DNA of 64,000 nucleotides from Paracoccaceae bacterium (GTDB lineage: Bacteria > Pseudomonadota > Alphaproteobacteria > Rhodobacterales > Rhodobacteraceae), in the NCBI GenBank assembly GCA_014323785.1, contig JACONJ010000020.1, positions 62,391 to 126,390 on the forward strand, in the 5' to 3' direction. The translations under genes were made by a program, and so were the position numbers. Shown one piece after another: positions 20,285 to 31,563 of this stretch (positions within the stretch are counted from its first letter, which is position 1; every line of letters starts with the position of its first letter). Under the pieces are notes generated by a model. That model saw only the letters and a list, made by a program, of their open reading frames with translations, did not search any database and was not told the DNA's origin.

Positions 20285-22978
20285 ATGGCCAGCCTGAACG
20301 ACATTCGCGCCGCATTTCTGAGCTATTTCGGCCGCAACGGGCATGAAATCGTTGGCAGCTCGCCCTTGGTGCCGCGCAATGACCCGACGCTGATGTTCAC
20401 AAACTCCGGCATGGTGCAGTTCAAGAACGTCTTCACTGGCCTGGAACATCGTGACTACAAGCGGGCCGCCACCAGCCAGAAATGTGTGCGGGCGGGTGGC
20501 AAGCATAACGATCTGGACAATGTTGGCTATACCGCGCGACACCATACCTTTTTTGAAATGCTGGGGAATTTCAGCTTCGGCGATTATTTCAAGGAAGAGG
20601 CGATCCCCTTTGCCTGGGAGTTGATCACCAAGGATTTCGGGATCCACAAGGATCGTCTTTACACCACAATCTACCACACCGATGACGACGCCTTTGATAT
20701 TTGGAAAAAGGTTGGTGTCCCGGAAGACAGGATCATCCGCATCGCGACCTCGGACAATTTCTGGCAGATGGGACCAACTGGTCCCTGCGGCCCCTGCACC
20801 GAGATTTTCTATGACCATGGCGATCATATATGGGGTGGTGCGCCCGGCAGCCCCGGAGAAGACGGTGACCGGTTCATTGAGATATGGAACATCGTCTTTA
20901 TGCAGAATGAACAATTTGCCGATGGTTCTACGGTGCCTCTGGACATGCAGTCAATTGACACTGGCATGGGGCTGGAGCGGATCGGTGCGTTATTGCAGGG
21001 CAAGCATGACAATTACGACACCGATCTGATGCGCTGCCTGATCGAGGCCTCGGCCCATGCCACCAGTGTGGAACCCGACGGCCCGAAAAACGTTCATCAT
21101 CGGGTGATCGCTGACCATCTGCGCTCTACCGCCTTTCTGATTGCCGATGGCGTCATGCCGTCGAATGAGGGGCGCGGCTATGTTCTGCGCCGGATCATGC
21201 GGCGGGCCATGCGCCATGCGCATTTGTTGGGCGCGGCTGATCCCCTGATGCACCGGCTGGTGCCAGCGTTGGTGGGCCAGATGGGCCAAACGTATCCCGA
21301 ATTGGGCCGGGCGCAGGCCCTGATAACTGAAACGCTGAAGCAAGAGGAAGACCGTTTTCGCACCACACTTGATCGGGGCCTGCGTCTTCTGGGCGAGGAA
21401 CTGGCCGCATTGCCGCCCAAGGCGCATCTGCCCGGTAAGACGGCCTTCAGGCTCTACGATACCTATGGCTTTCCCCTGGATTTAACCCGGGACGCCCTGC
21501 GCGAGACGGGCCGGGATGTTGATACAGAGGGGTTCGACAACGCGATGGCCAGGCAGAAGGCCAGGGCGCGTGCGGCCTGGGCCGGATCGGGTGAGGCCGC
21601 GGATGCCGGGATGTGGTTTGAACTGGCCGAACGCCATGGCGTGACGGATTTCCTGGGCTACGACACCAACACCGCCGAGGGCGTGGTGCTGGCCCTGGTC
21701 CTGGACGGGCAAGAGGTGCAGAGCATTGGTGCCGAGGGCAGCACCGCCTGGGTCATCTTTAACCAAACCCCTTTCTACGCCGAATCCGGTGGTCAGGTTG
21801 GCGATCACGGTTATGTCCAGAGTGTCGAAGTTTCCCATGAACACCGGGAAACCCGTTTCATGGGCCATGTAAGTGACGTGCAGAAGCGCGGCGACGGGGT
21901 GTTTACCCATTTCGTGACGGTCAATGCCGGAACCCTGAAGGTGGGGGAGGCAGTCCGGCTGGAGGTGGACCATCCCCGCCGCTCAATGATCCGGGCCAAT
22001 CACTCCGCCACACACCTGCTGCACGAGGCACTCCGCCGGGTACTTGGCGACCACGTCGCGCAGCGCGGCTCGCGGAATGCGCCCGACCGTCTGCGGTTCG
22101 ATTTCAGCCACACCAAGGCACTCAGCCCTGACGAGGTGACGCAGGTCGAGGCAGAGGTGAACGCCCTCATCCGCCAAAATGCTCCGGTCAAGACCCGGAT
22201 AATGACACCCGATGCCGCGCGGGTGCTGGGCGCACAGGCATTGTTCGGAGAGAAATACGGCGATGAGGTGCGTGTCGTCTCGATGGGTACACGTGATGGT
22301 TCGGGCAAGGGCAATGACGGGTGCACCTATTCGATCGAACTGTGTGGCGGCACCCATGTGCGCCGGACTGGCGAAATCGGCGTTTTTATCACGCTTGGTG
22401 ACAGTGCCTCCAGTGCCGGAGTGCGCCGGATTGAGGCCTTGACAGGCGCGGCGGCCTTCGATTACCTTAGTGCGCAGAATCATCGCTTGGCCCAGGTTGC
22501 CCTGGCACTGAAGGTACAGCCCGGTGATGTGGTGGAACGTGTGGCTGCCTTGCAAGAGGATCGCAGGCAGCGGGTCAGTGAAGTGGCGCAGCTGCGCAAG
22601 CAGCTGGCCATGACAGACGGTGCGGGGGCCACCCGGCCCGAGGTGCGTGATGTCAACGGCATCCACTTTCACGCCCGGATATTGCAGGGCGTGACGGGCA
22701 GGGAACTGCCGGGGCTGATCGATGCGCATAAGGACCGGCTTGGAACCGGCGCGGTGCTGTTGATCGCGGATGCGGGCGGCAAAGCGGCGGTGGCGGCTGG
22801 CGTGACCCGGGATTTGACCGACCGTCTGAACGCGGTTGATTTGGTTAAGGCGGCGGTGGCCGAACTTGGCGGGAAGGGCGGCGGCGGTCGCCCCGACCTG
22901 GCACAGGGTGGCGGACCCGACCCCGCCAAGGCCAGGGCCGCGATCACGGCCGCCGAAGCGGTCCTGCGGCGAGGATAG
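20285..22978 (+). CDS. alaS: Alanine--tRNA ligase
   Basis: [46 protein letters not shown]. Confidence 0.98.
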   Translation: MASLNDIRAAFLSYFGRNGHEIVGSSPLVPRNDPTLMFTNSGMVQFKNVFTGLEHRDYKRAATSQKCVRAGGKHNDLDNVGYTARHHTFFEMLGNFSFGDYFKEEAIPFAWELITKDFGIHKDRLYTTIYHTDDDAFDIWKKVGVPEDRIIRIATSDNFWQMGPTGPCGPCTEIFYDHGDHIWGGAPGSPGEDGDRFIEIWNIVFMQNEQFADGSTVPLDMQSIDTGMGLERIGALLQGKHDNYDTDLMRCLIEASAHATSVEPDGPKNVHHRVIADHLRSTAFLIADGVMPSNEGRGYVLRRIMRRAMRHAHLLGAADPLMHRLVPALVGQMGQTYPELGRAQALITETLKQEEDRFRTTLDRGLRLLGEELAALPPKAHLPGKTAFRLYDTYGFPLDLTRDALRETGRDVDTEGFDNAMARQKARARAAWAGSGEAADAGMWFELAERHGVTDFLGYDTNTAEGVVLALVLDGQEVQSIGAEGSTAWVIFNQTPFYAESGGQVGDHGYVQSVEVSHEHRETRFMGHVSDVQKRGDGVFTHFVTVNAGTLKVGEAVRLEVDHPRRSMIRANHSATHLLHEALRRVLGDHVAQRGSRNAPDRLRFDFSHTKALSPDEVTQVEAEVNALIRQNAPVKTRIMTPDAARVLGAQALFGEKYGDEVRVVSMGTRDGSGKGNDGCTYSIELCGGTHVRRTGEIGVFITLGDSASSAGVRRIEALTGAAAFDYLSAQNHRLAQVALALKVQPGDVVERVAALQEDRRQRVSEVAQLRKQLAMTDGAGATRPEVRDVNGIHFHARILQGVTGRELPGLIDAHKDRLGTGAVLLIADAGGKAAVAAGVTRDLTDRLNAVDLVKAAVAELGGKGGGGRPDLAQGGGPDPAKARAAITAAEAVLRRG

Positions 22979-22982
22979 ACCA

Positions 22983-23309
22983 ATGCCATGTGCCTACTGG
23001 ATTGCCCATGTGACCGTCACGGATGAGGCGGCCTATATGAAATATGCGGCACTCGCCACCAGGGCAATTATCGCCCATGGCGGTACCTTCCTGGTGCGCG
23101 GCGGGCAGGCGATCCAAAAGGAAGGCCGCGCCCATCCCCGCAATGTCGTGGCCCGCTTCCCCAGCCTGGCCGCGGCGAATGCCTGCTATGAAAGCACCGC
23201 CTATCAGGAGGCGTTAAGCCATGCGCGCGGTGCGTCCCAGCGGGATTTGGTTCTGGTGGAAGCGATGGACGAAGCGTCAGTGGCAGGCCGGGCCGCGACA
23301 CCGGATTGA
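22983..23309 (+). CDS. DUF1330 family protein
   Basis: AYWIAHVTVTD...Y..Y.......HGG.FLVRGG....EG...RNVVARFPS...A..CY.S..YQ. Confidence 0.85.
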   Translation: MPCAYWIAHVTVTDEAAYMKYAALATRAIIAHGGTFLVRGGQAIQKEGRAHPRNVVARFPSLAAANACYESTAYQEALSHARGASQRDLVLVEAMDEASVAGRAATPD

Positions 23310-23665
23310 CGACCACTGCCCCGGCACCGATCCGGACCGCAAAGGGGTGCACAATTGCGGTGGATTTGCGACGGCAACATGCATTTGGCCCCAGTGTAGC
23401 CGGGATGGGGGATAATCTGTGGGGAGATGCCTCTTGCCGTGGTGTCCAGTCAAACCAGCCGCTGCGGACCGTCCCTCTGGTGACGTGTGCCGTTGAGCTT
23501 AACGGTTGGCCAAACAGGGGAGTTATGCAGTTTCCAGCTTCTGGCACACGATTTGACGCAAAATTTTACGGGAACGGGCTGAAAACATCCGTTATGGACC
23601 GACGGCGTTTACCTGTTCTATCAACATCGGTCTTCCCTCTCTAGTCATGGGCAGACTATACCTCC

Positions 23666-23694
23666 TACATAACACACTTTTTCAGGAATGTCAA
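23666..23694 (-). promoter_or_regulatory. Near-consensus sigma70 promoter (islet promoter 2)
   Basis: Minus strand TTGACA, 17 nt, TATGTA with a TG extension; the -35 overlaps the TGA stop of the small ORF. Confidence 0.55.
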
Positions 23695-23942
23695 GCATAT
23701 TTCCGATGAAACTGCCTCCAAGTGCCCCTTTCCCTATGCACGCTGTAACGCTCCACAGGCGGCTTCGGTTCAACCTCAACCTCCTTAACACCCACGAACT
23801 TTCTGTTCATTTGCGTCTCCAAACTATGCGCAAATTTCCGAGCCTCTTCCTCGGTGTCAAATTCCAGCTGCCCAGGGATACCACCGCAACCCCAATCGCC
23901 CTCAATATCCACCTTCATCCAGCCTACTACCCACTTCTTCAT
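23691..23942 (-). CDS. Small hypothetical protein (83 aa), phage/MGE-like
   Basis: AAGGAGG-ccagag-ATG; MKKWVVGWMKVDIEGDWGCGGIPGQLEFDTEEEARKFAHSLETQ...; lower GC than flanks; promoter upstream. Confidence 0.65.
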   Translation of the reverse strand: MKKWVVGWMKVDIEGDWGCGGIPGQLEFDTEEEARKFAHSLETQMNRKFVGVKEVEVEPKPPVERYSVHRERGTWRQFHRKYA

Positions 23943-24019
23943 CTCTGGCCTCCTTCGTCCTGTAAGTGACCGCAGGGGCATGTGTGCCTCAGCTCGGACT
24001 GATCCCTGCGAACACGACC

Positions 24020-24048
24020 CTTCTAGCACAATACGCGCCAGTTGTCAA
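24020..24048 (-). promoter_or_regulatory. Near-consensus sigma70 promoter (islet promoter 1)
   Basis: Minus strand TTGACA, 17 nt, TAGAAG with TGn extension, about 80 nt upstream of ATG 23942. Confidence 0.6.
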
Positions 24049-24384
24049 GTCCACTGTGGCCGAAAGCGGTGATGGACCAGCCTGGAATCTGCCGTGCCAG
24101 AGCGGCACTGCGCCACTTCAACTAAGGCTGGCGTCGGCTTTATGCCCAGAACCTTGGGCCCCAACTTCCCTAAACGCGTCCACGACCGGTAACTGGTTTT
24201 TGTGTGTCCCGGCCTTTGGCCGTGCCAATCACCTTACCTTTGCCATTGCTGTGGGGCGGGCAATAAGCCAGGCCGCGCACCGTAGTTTTGGCCGAATCCT
24301 TGCCAATATCGCCCTACTTCCGCAACTCCCGCCTGCCAACCAGCATGCGAACGCTGTTCAATGCTTGTATCGCTGAATCGTCGC

Positions 24385-24413
24385 TTGACGCTGAACGGCG
24401 ACGAACTTAAAAC
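24385..24413 (+). promoter_or_regulatory. Probable tRNA promoter
   Basis: TTGACG, 17 nt, TAAAAC, 12 nt before tRNA-Gly. Confidence 0.5.
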
Positions 24414-24425
24414 CATACTTGCCCG

Positions 24426-24500
<75 letters not shown>

Positions 24501-24605
24501 CCACTTGTTCTGCTGGCTTGTGCGTCTTCGATCATCCTGGGGGTTGTGCGGGCGTGTCCGGACAATTATTCTGTTTCAAACGCCCGAACAGCGACCAGGA
24601 CACTC

Positions 24606-26408
24606 ATGGCCGGGCAGCAACATGTCCCCCCACAATCAGCGCATGACCGGGAAAGGTCAAAACGGATCGGGAGCTTGCGGGCTCTCGGGCCGTTTCTTGC
24701 ACCCTATGGCGCGATGCTGTCGGCGGCCATTGGTGCGCTGGTTCTAACCGCGCTTGTATCCTTGACGCTGCCGCTGGCCGTGCGCCGCGTGGTGGACGGG
24801 TTCGAGACCGAAAGTGCCGCGCTTCTTGATACGTATTTCCTGGCCGCCCTTGGCATCGCGGTGCTTTTGGCACTTGGAACGGGCCTGCGCTACTATCTGG
24901 TGACCCGGCTTGGCGAACGGGTTGTGGCCGATATTCGCAAGGCGGTGTTCAATAAGATGATCGGGATGAGCCCGGCCTTCTACGAGAAGATCGTGACGGG
25001 TGAGGTTTTAAGCCGGATCACCACTGATACAACCCTTCTGCTCAGCGTAATATCCTCTTCTGTCTCGGTTGCCTTGCGCAATCTTCTGATTCTGATCGGC
25101 GGGCTGATTCTGATGACGGCCACCTCGCCCAAACTGGCCGGGGCGGTGTTGCTAATCGTGCCGGTCATCATCGTGCCGATCCTTGTTCTGGGCCGCCGGT
25201 TGCGGGTGCTGAGCCGTGAGAACCAGGACTGGATCGCGGAAAGCTCCGGCAATGCGTCCGAGGCTTTGTTGTCGGTGCAAATTGTGCAGGCTTTCACCCA
25301 CGAGCGTACCTCAGCCTCGGATTTTGACCGGATAACCGAGCGCAGTTTCGACAGTGCAAAAAAGCGGATCGCAACGCGGGCGGCAATGACGGTGATTGTC
25401 ATATCCCTCGTTTTTGCCGGGGTCGTCGGGGTGCTGTGGATTGGTGCCCGCGATGTTCGTGCTGATATGATGTCCATCGGGGAGCTGATCCAGTTTCTGA
25501 TCTACGCGATCATGGTTGCGGGTTCGGTTGGCGCACTCAGCGAGATTTGGGGTGAGTTGCAACGCGCCTCTGGCGCAACGGAACGGCTGGTAGAATTGCT
25601 GAACACCGATGATACAGTTGCCGATCCGCCTGCGGGCGTTGCACTGCCCATGGCGGGGCGCGGGTCGCTCCGGTTTAAGGATGTTCGGTTTCACTATCCT
25701 GCCCGGCCTGAAACGGCCGCCCTGGATGGTGTCAGCCTGACGGTGGAACCGGGGGAAACTGTGGCACTGGTCGGTCCGTCAGGGGCGGGCAAATCGACCG
25801 TCTTCCAGCTGCTCCTGCGCTTTTACGATCCTCAAAGCGGGCGCATTACCCTGGATGGCATTGATCTGCGCAAGATGGACCGCACCACATTTCGCACGGC
25901 CATGGCACTGGTGCCGCAAGATCCGGTGATCTTCGCCGCCACAGCGCGGGAGAATATCCGCTTCGGTCGTCCCGAAGCCCCGGATGCCCAAGTTGAGGTC
26001 GCCGCCAGGGCCGCCGCCGCGCATGGCTTCTTAAGTGCCTTGCCGGATGGCTATGACACCTATGTTGGTGAGCGCGGCGTCATGCTGTCCGGCGGGCAAA
26101 AGCAACGGATTGCCATCGCCCGCGCCATTCTGCGCGACGCGCCGGTCCTGCTGCTGGATGAAGCGACCAGCGCACTTGACGCCGAAAACGAACACGCCGT
26201 GCAGGATGCCGTGGCCGGGCTCAGTGCGGGCCGCACCACGCTGATCGTGGCGCACCGCCTGGCCACCGTCAAACAGGCCGACCGGATCCTGGTGTTTGAT
26301 CACGGTCAGATCGTGGCCGAAGGCACCCATGACAGCCTGGTTGCGCAGGGCGGGCTTTATGCCCGGCTGGCGCGCCTGCAATTCACCGAAGGCCGCACCG
26401 CCAAATAG
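24606..26408 (+). CDS. ABC transporter, fused permease/ATP-binding (MsbA/ABCB-like exporter)
   Basis: Six TM segments, GPSGAGKS, LSGGQKQR, LLLDEATSALD; longer ORF-track start overlaps the tRNA and is rejected. Confidence 0.92.
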   Translation: MAGQQHVPPQSAHDRERSKRIGSLRALGPFLAPYGAMLSAAIGALVLTALVSLTLPLAVRRVVDGFETESAALLDTYFLAALGIAVLLALGTGLRYYLVTRLGERVVADIRKAVFNKMIGMSPAFYEKIVTGEVLSRITTDTTLLLSVISSSVSVALRNLLILIGGLILMTATSPKLAGAVLLIVPVIIVPILVLGRRLRVLSRENQDWIAESSGNASEALLSVQIVQAFTHERTSASDFDRITERSFDSAKKRIATRAAMTVIVISLVFAGVVGVLWIGARDVRADMMSIGELIQFLIYAIMVAGSVGALSEIWGELQRASGATERLVELLNTDDTVADPPAGVALPMAGRGSLRFKDVRFHYPARPETAALDGVSLTVEPGETVALVGPSGAGKSTVFQLLLRFYDPQSGRITLDGIDLRKMDRTTFRTAMALVPQDPVIFAATARENIRFGRPEAPDAQVEVAARAAAAHGFLSALPDGYDTYVGERGVMLSGGQKQRIAIARAILRDAPVLLLDEATSALDAENEHAVQDAVAGLSAGRTTLIVAHRLATVKQADRILVFDHGQIVAEGTHDSLVAQGGLYARLARLQFTEGRTAK

Positions 26409-26535
26409 GCCCCGATTCCCGGGCGTGCAGGGTTACGCTTGCCAGCCGCCCCCGCCTTGGTCCATTCTGGCATTACGGATGGCGGAGCCCTAAACACAAC
26501 GCCGCCAGACAACCATAAAAAGGGAAGGGCGGCAG

Positions 26536-28446
26536 ATGGTTCAGTTTGCCAGTGTGGATGATATCAAGGCGGTGGAACAGGAGTGTCCATGGCCGGAAAG
26601 TCAGCCGGCCGGGACAATTTATCAACTGCTCAGCCGGACCAAAGACAGGTTCCCCAACCTCAATGCGATTTCCTTTCAGTTCTTCTCCGGCCCCCGGGAC
26701 AAGGCAGAGACCCTGACTTGGGCGGGGTTCCACGGGCGCGTCACGCAGGCTGCGAACCTGTTTCGCAGTTTGGGGATCGGCGAGAACGATACAGTTGCCT
26801 ATATCCTGCCGAACTGTAATCAGACGGCCGTAACCCTGCTCGGCGGGGCGGTGGCGGGCATTGCCAACCCGATCAACCCGCTTCTGGACGCCGAACAGAT
26901 CGGCGCGATCCTAAGGGAAACGAACGCCAGGGTTGTTGTTACGCTGAAGGCGTTTCCGAAAACCGATGTGGCGCAGAAAGTCTCGGAAGCCGTGGAACGG
27001 GCTCCGAACGTTACGACAGTGCTACAGGTTGACCTCTTGCCCTACATGACCGGCATCAAGAAGCTCATCGTCCCCTTCATCCGCCCGAAATTTGAAATGC
27101 GGCACAAGGCACGCGTTCTGGATTTCAACGCCGAGCTGGACCGCCAGCGTGCCGACGGTCTGGAGTTCAAGGATAGCGCGGGTGATCGCGTCGCGGCCTA
27201 TTTCCACACAGGCGGCACAACAGGCATGCCCAAGGTTGCGCAGCACACGTACTCTGGCATGATCTACAATGGCTGGGTCGCGCGCACGCTTCTGTTCGCG
27301 GAAACAGACAACATCATGTGCCCGCTGCCGCTGTTCCACGTGTTTGCCTGTCATGTGATCCTGATGGCGGCCCTGGCCTCGGGTGCGCATGTGGTTTTCC
27401 CCACGCCGCAAGGCTACCGTGGGGATGGGGTGTTCGACAATTTCTGGAAACTGGTCGAACGCTGGCAGATCACCTTTATCATCACCGTGCCCACGGCGAT
27501 TGCCGCGATGATGCAACGCCCGGTCGATGCGGATGTTTCCACTGTGAAAACCGCTTTCTCCGGATCCGCCCCCCTGCCGGTGGAATTGTTCAGGCGGTTT
27601 GAAAAGACCACCGGGGTAACCCTGATCGAGGGCTACGGGTTGACCGAGGCGACATGCCTGGTCAGTTGCAACCCGGTTGACGGGCCAAGAAAGATCGGCT
27701 CGGTCGGAATACCCTTCCCCCACACCAAACTGCGCATTCTGAAACTTGGGAAGGATGGGGCCAGTGTTTGTAAACCCGATGAGATCGGCGAGATTTGCGT
27801 TGACAATCCCGGCGTTTTCCAGGGGGCCACCTATACCGAGGATGACAAGAATGTCGACCTCTTCGCCTGTGATGTCTATCTGCGCACGGGCGATCTGGGG
27901 CGGGTGGATGCCGATGGCTATCTGTGGATCACTGGCCGTGCAAAGGATCTGATCATCCGCGGTGGCCACAATATCGACCCCGCCGTGATTGAAGAGGCCA
28001 TGGCAAGCCACCCCGCCGTCGCCTTCGCCGGTGCCATCGGCCAGCCCGATGCCATGGCGGGAGAGGTTCCCTGCGTCTATGTGGAACTGGTCAAGGAGGC
28101 CGACATCACGGCTGATTCGCTTATGGACCATTGCAAGGCGCATATCCACGAACGCGCGGCAATCCCGAAACATCTGGAAATTCTGGATGAGCTCCCCAAA
28201 ACCGCCGTCGGCAAGGTGTTCAAACCAGCCCTGCGCGGGCGGGCCATCACCCGGGTGTATAACGCCACGCTGGAAGGGGCGGGGCTGGCCGCCGGGGTCG
28301 TCGCGGTGCGCGAGGATAAAAAACGGGGGCTGGTTGCACATCTGGAGTGCCGCGGTGATGTGGATGAGGCAAAACTGGCCCAGGTGCTGGGGGAATTCAC
28401 GCACCCATGGACTTGGCATGATGACCAGGCCAGCACGGCCACCTGA
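26536..28446 (+). CDS. Acyl-CoA synthetase (AMP-forming)
   Basis: YFHTGGTTGMPK, EGYGLTE, RTGD, GRAKD, KTAVGK motifs. Confidence 0.93.
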   Translation: MVQFASVDDIKAVEQECPWPESQPAGTIYQLLSRTKDRFPNLNAISFQFFSGPRDKAETLTWAGFHGRVTQAANLFRSLGIGENDTVAYILPNCNQTAVTLLGGAVAGIANPINPLLDAEQIGAILRETNARVVVTLKAFPKTDVAQKVSEAVERAPNVTTVLQVDLLPYMTGIKKLIVPFIRPKFEMRHKARVLDFNAELDRQRADGLEFKDSAGDRVAAYFHTGGTTGMPKVAQHTYSGMIYNGWVARTLLFAETDNIMCPLPLFHVFACHVILMAALASGAHVVFPTPQGYRGDGVFDNFWKLVERWQITFIITVPTAIAAMMQRPVDADVSTVKTAFSGSAPLPVELFRRFEKTTGVTLIEGYGLTEATCLVSCNPVDGPRKIGSVGIPFPHTKLRILKLGKDGASVCKPDEIGEICVDNPGVFQGATYTEDDKNVDLFACDVYLRTGDLGRVDADGYLWITGRAKDLIIRGGHNIDPAVIEEAMASHPAVAFAGAIGQPDAMAGEVPCVYVELVKEADITADSLMDHCKAHIHERAAIPKHLEILDELPKTAVGKVFKPALRGRAITRVYNATLEGAGLAAGVVAVREDKKRGLVAHLECRGDVDEAKLAQVLGEFTHPWTWHDDQASTAT

Positions 28447-28529
28447 CCCAGCCTGCCAGTGCCCGGGGCGGTTGAACTGTAGCGGGCCACAAGCAAGCCC
28501 CCGCCACCCCTCTGCACGAAAATCTGCCC

Positions 28530-29546
28530 CTACCGGCCCCACATCCCGTTGGGGTAGAGCTCTTCATAGATTGGCACCAGCGCACCGGTGTTGAAAAGCG
28601 ACGATACGCTGGTGCCACTCCAGATGTTCAGAACCGCTTGCGCGAACATCGGGGCGGTCGGGATCACCCGAATTTTCCTGCAGGCTTCGGCCGCTCTGGT
28701 CACTTTGATCGTGTCGGTGATTATCAACCGTTTCATCGCTGATGTGGAAATCCGCGTTACTGCCGGGCCGCTGAGCACGCCATGGGTGATGTAGGAATGA
28801 ACCTCGGTTGCGCCATGGTCCATCAGAATTTCCGCAGCCTTGCAGAGTGTTCCGGCCGTGTCGCAGATATCATCCACGATCAGGCATATCTTGCCCGTCA
28901 CATCGCCGATCACGGTCATTTCGGCCACATCGCCCGGCCGTTCGCGGCGCTTGTCCACGATGGACAGGGGCGCACCGATTCGCTGCGCCAGGTCACGCGC
29001 CCGCGCCACCCCGCCGACATCGGGGCTGACAACCATCACGTCCCCTGCCGTGCCGTTGAACTGATGCAGGATATCAAGCGCAAAGATTGGGCTGGCATAA
29101 AGATTGTCAACGGGGATATCGAAGAACCCTTGAATCTGGGCGGTGTGCAAATCCATGGTCAAAACCCGCTCGATCCCGCCGGTGGTGACCATGTTCGCGA
29201 CCAGTTTGGCCGAGATCGGGGTGCGGGCCTTGGTGCGGCGGTCCTGGCGGGCATAGCCGAAATAGGGGATTACGGCGGTGATCCGGCTGGCCGAGGATCG
29301 GCGCAGCGCATCAGCCATGACAAGCAATTCCATCAGATTGTCATTGGCCGGCTTTGATGTCGATTGAATGATGAACATGTCCTCACCCCGGACGTTCTCA
29401 AAAACCTCGACAAAAATTTCCTGGTCGCTGAATCGCTCAACCCGCGCATCGACCAGCCCGATCTGCATGGGCATGCGCCCGGCGATGGCCTGGGCCAGGG
29501 GGCGATTGGCGTTCCCGGATATCAGTTTCGGGGCGGTGGCGGGCAT
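28530..29546 (-). CDS. prs: Ribose-phosphate pyrophosphokinase
   Basis: [38 protein letters not shown]. Confidence 0.96.
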   Translation of the reverse strand: MPATAPKLISGNANRPLAQAIAGRMPMQIGLVDARVERFSDQEIFVEVFENVRGEDMFIIQSTSKPANDNLMELLVMADALRRSSASRITAVIPYFGYARQDRRTKARTPISAKLVANMVTTGGIERVLTMDLHTAQIQGFFDIPVDNLYASPIFALDILHQFNGTAGDVMVVSPDVGGVARARDLAQRIGAPLSIVDKRRERPGDVAEMTVIGDVTGKICLIVDDICDTAGTLCKAAEILMDHGATEVHSYITHGVLSGPAVTRISTSAMKRLIITDTIKVTRAAEACRKIRVIPTAPMFAQAVLNIWSGTSVSSLFNTGALVPIYEELYPNGMWGR

Positions 29547-29643
29547 GGCGGCTGCGCCTTTTGGTCCTGGCCTCTGACGGGGTGTTGACACTTCCCTAGC
29601 ATTTGAACAGAGTATCCGCAAAGCTGGAACCCGGGGGAATCAG

Positions 29644-30240
29644 ATGGCCCATATCGATTACTATTTTACGGTACTTTCGCCCTTTACCTATTTGGCCGGG
29701 CACCGGCTCGAGGACAGCGCGGCCCGCCATGGCGCAAGCGTGACGTATAAACCGTTGGACATCATGGCATTGTTCGCGCGCACCGGTGGCCTTCCCCCGA
29801 AAGAAAGGCACCCCGCGCGACAGGCCTATCGGCTGCAGGATCTGGCTCGCACGGCCAGGAAGCGGGGGGTTCCGCTGAACCCGCAACCGGCATTCTGGCC
29901 CACGAACCCGGTGCCGGCCTCCTGTGCCATTATCGCCGCGCAGAAGGCGGGCGGTGATCTGGGCGCGCTGGTTCACGCTGTGACGCGCCGGGTCTGGGCC
30001 GAGGAACAGAACATCGCCGAAGACAAGGTGGTGCGCGACGCACTGGAAGAGGCCGGATTCGCCCCCGCGCTCGCCGAAAGCGGGATGGTGACAGGGGCCG
30101 GGGAATACGCCGCCAATCTCGAGGACGCGGTCGCTGGCAATGTTTTCGGTGCGCCCTTCTATGTGGTGGACGGGACCGAACACTTCTGGGGCCAGGACCG
30201 GCTGGAGGATCTGGACCTGTACCTTTCCGGCGCAATGTGA
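29644..30240 (+). CDS. 2-hydroxychromene-2-carboxylate isomerase / DsbA-like GST-kappa family
   Basis: IDYYFTVLSPFTYL, VFGAPFY, FWGQDRL motifs. Confidence 0.88.
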   Translation: MAHIDYYFTVLSPFTYLAGHRLEDSAARHGASVTYKPLDIMALFARTGGLPPKERHPARQAYRLQDLARTARKRGVPLNPQPAFWPTNPVPASCAIIAAQKAGGDLGALVHAVTRRVWAEEQNIAEDKVVRDALEEAGFAPALAESGMVTGAGEYAANLEDAVAGNVFGAPFYVVDGTEHFWGQDRLEDLDLYLSGAM

Positions 30241-30246
30241 CGAGGT

Positions 30247-30274
30247 CGCCCCGGCCTGAAACCAGACCGGGGCG
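30247..30274. terminator. Hairpin terminator shared by both OMP cassettes (second copy 35366-35393)
   Basis: CGCCCCGG...CCGGGGCG stem (12 bp with one G-U on the minus strand); ATTTTGT follows on the plus strand. Confidence 0.65.
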
Positions 30275-30311
30275 ATTTTGTGCGCTTTTGGTTCAGATGC
30301 GCACCGCCGGA

Positions 30312-30971
30312 TCAGAACGCAAAGAGCAGACCGACACCGAACTTGGTTTGATCGAGTTCAATCGGCTCATTAACCTGGACCCCAAGCATCTCATTGTGAT
30401 AGTCCTCATCTCCGTACCGGGCGTGTTCCACCTGTGCGAACACCTTGTGCCCTTCCGACACTTGATAGTTCAACCCCAGCACCACTTTGGGACCGAAGTG
30501 GATGTTGCTGTCGGAAGTGGAGACGGTGGATCCCAAGGCTGAGATAGAGTACGAAATCTCACCCTTAACCGCAGAGATACCGATGCCTCCGTAGAACGAA
30601 AGGGCATCGGTTGCGTTGACCCCGGCCAGGAACAGGGCATCCGCACTGAAGTCAGTACTGATCTCACCTGTACCGCTAACCTCAATCGCTGAAATAACCT
30701 CACTCTCGGTTACTTCACGTGACGTGTTTTCCAGGGCGAGAACCCCTTGAAACCCGATGAAGCCACTGGCCGTTGGGCTGGTACGGCGAAACACAACCCC
30801 CACAGCCTGCCCGTTTTCGTCACCGCTTAGGTTGGTTATGGTGTCGGTAGCCTCATACTCCGCGCCTTGCAGGATGATGCCAAACTCGGTTTCCTGCGCC
30901 AGGGCAGGGCCGCACAGCAGTACCAGGCTGGCCCCGGTTGCCGCGCAAAATTTTGATACGTTCATGTTCAT
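30312..30971 (-). CDS. Outer-membrane beta-barrel protein (about 8 strands, OmpA-TM/Omp25-like fold)
   Basis: Signal peptide ending ALA|Q, alternating amphipathic strands, terminal Phe (KFGVGLLFAF), GGGAG RBS before ATG 30971. Confidence 0.8.
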   Translation of the reverse strand: MNMNVSKFCAATGASLVLLCGPALAQETEFGIILQGAEYEATDTITNLSGDENGQAVGVVFRRTSPTASGFIGFQGVLALENTSREVTESEVISAIEVSGTGEISTDFSADALFLAGVNATDALSFYGGIGISAVKGEISYSISALGSTVSTSDSNIHFGPKVVLGLNYQVSEGHKVFAQVEHARYGDEDYHNEMLGVQVNEPIELDQTKFGVGLLFAF

Positions 30972-31039
30972 GCTTTGAACTCCCGTTACACATGTTGCCA
31001 AGGGTCATGTTGTTCTTGACCCCGAATCCTGCCTAACGT

Positions 31040-31052
31040 ATTGTACCCCCCC
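31040..31052 (-). promoter_or_regulatory. -10 box with adjacent poly-G7, OMP copy 1
   Basis: Minus strand GGGGTTGC-G7-TACAAT. Confidence 0.55.
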
Positions 31053-31116
31053 GCAACCCCTCACAATCAAAAATCTGGTCTTGTCTAAAAATCCGTTTCC
31101 GCCCCGCAAATGCGGG

Positions 31117-31563
31117 TCATGTCCCGGGTTCCCTGATGATGTACGCCTCCCAGTCCTCTTCAGGTACTTCGACCTCGGGTATGGTGAGGCCCCGGGCCGA
31201 AACCCCGGCCTGATGCACGGTGCGCCGATCGCCCGAGATCAGGGGGTGCCACCAGTGCAGCGGTTTGCCCTGATGAATCAGGCGATAGGCGCAGGTTGCG
31301 GGCATAAAATAGGCGACCTTATCCATGGTCCCGGGCGTCAGCCGGATACACTCAGGGACCAGGGCCTTGCGCGTGGGGTAGCTGGTGCATTGGCAGGTTG
31401 TGTCGTCCAGCAGGCGGCAGGCGATGCGGGTCAGCGCGACCTCTCCCGTTGCGTCGTCCTGCAGTTTGTTCAGGCAGCATTTGCCGCAGCCGTCGCACAG
31501 TGCCTCCCACTCCTTTGGCGTCATTTGCGCCATCGGAACGTGCTCCCAGAATCGCCCCCTCAT
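31117..31563 (-). CDS. YcgN (UPF0260) cysteine-cluster protein
   Basis: EWEALCDGCGKCC, ACRLLD, C..YPTR, PECI, MPATCAYR. Confidence 0.9.
   Translation of the reverse strand: MRGRFWEHVPMAQMTPKEWEALCDGCGKCCLNKLQDDATGEVALTRIACRLLDDTTCQCTSYPTRKALVPECIRLTPGTMDKVAYFMPATCAYRLIHQGKPLHWWHPLISGDRRTVHQAGVSARGLTIPEVEVPEEDWEAYIIREPGT

Larger units (their letters stand above)
30247..31063. repeat. Dispersed OMP cassette, copy 1 (terminator, gene, 5' UTR, promoter)
   Basis: Flanks near-identical to 35366..36233, from CGCCCCGGCCTGAAACCAGACCGGGGCG to GCAACCCCTCA. Confidence 0.9.

Noticed and set aside
20085-20297. Cys-rich hydrophobic 70-aa ORF between recA and alaS
   Set aside because: Low-complexity sequence with short internal repeats, TTG start without SD, overlaps alaS start
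23306-23644. 112-aa ORF after DUF1330
   Set aside because: No recognisable motif, no RBS, and it runs into the opposite-strand islet
27022-28542. Long antisense ORFs (this one, 49925..51241, 52035..53108, 55206..56306 and similar)
   Set aside because: Typical shadow ORFs of high-GC codon usage opposite well-supported genes
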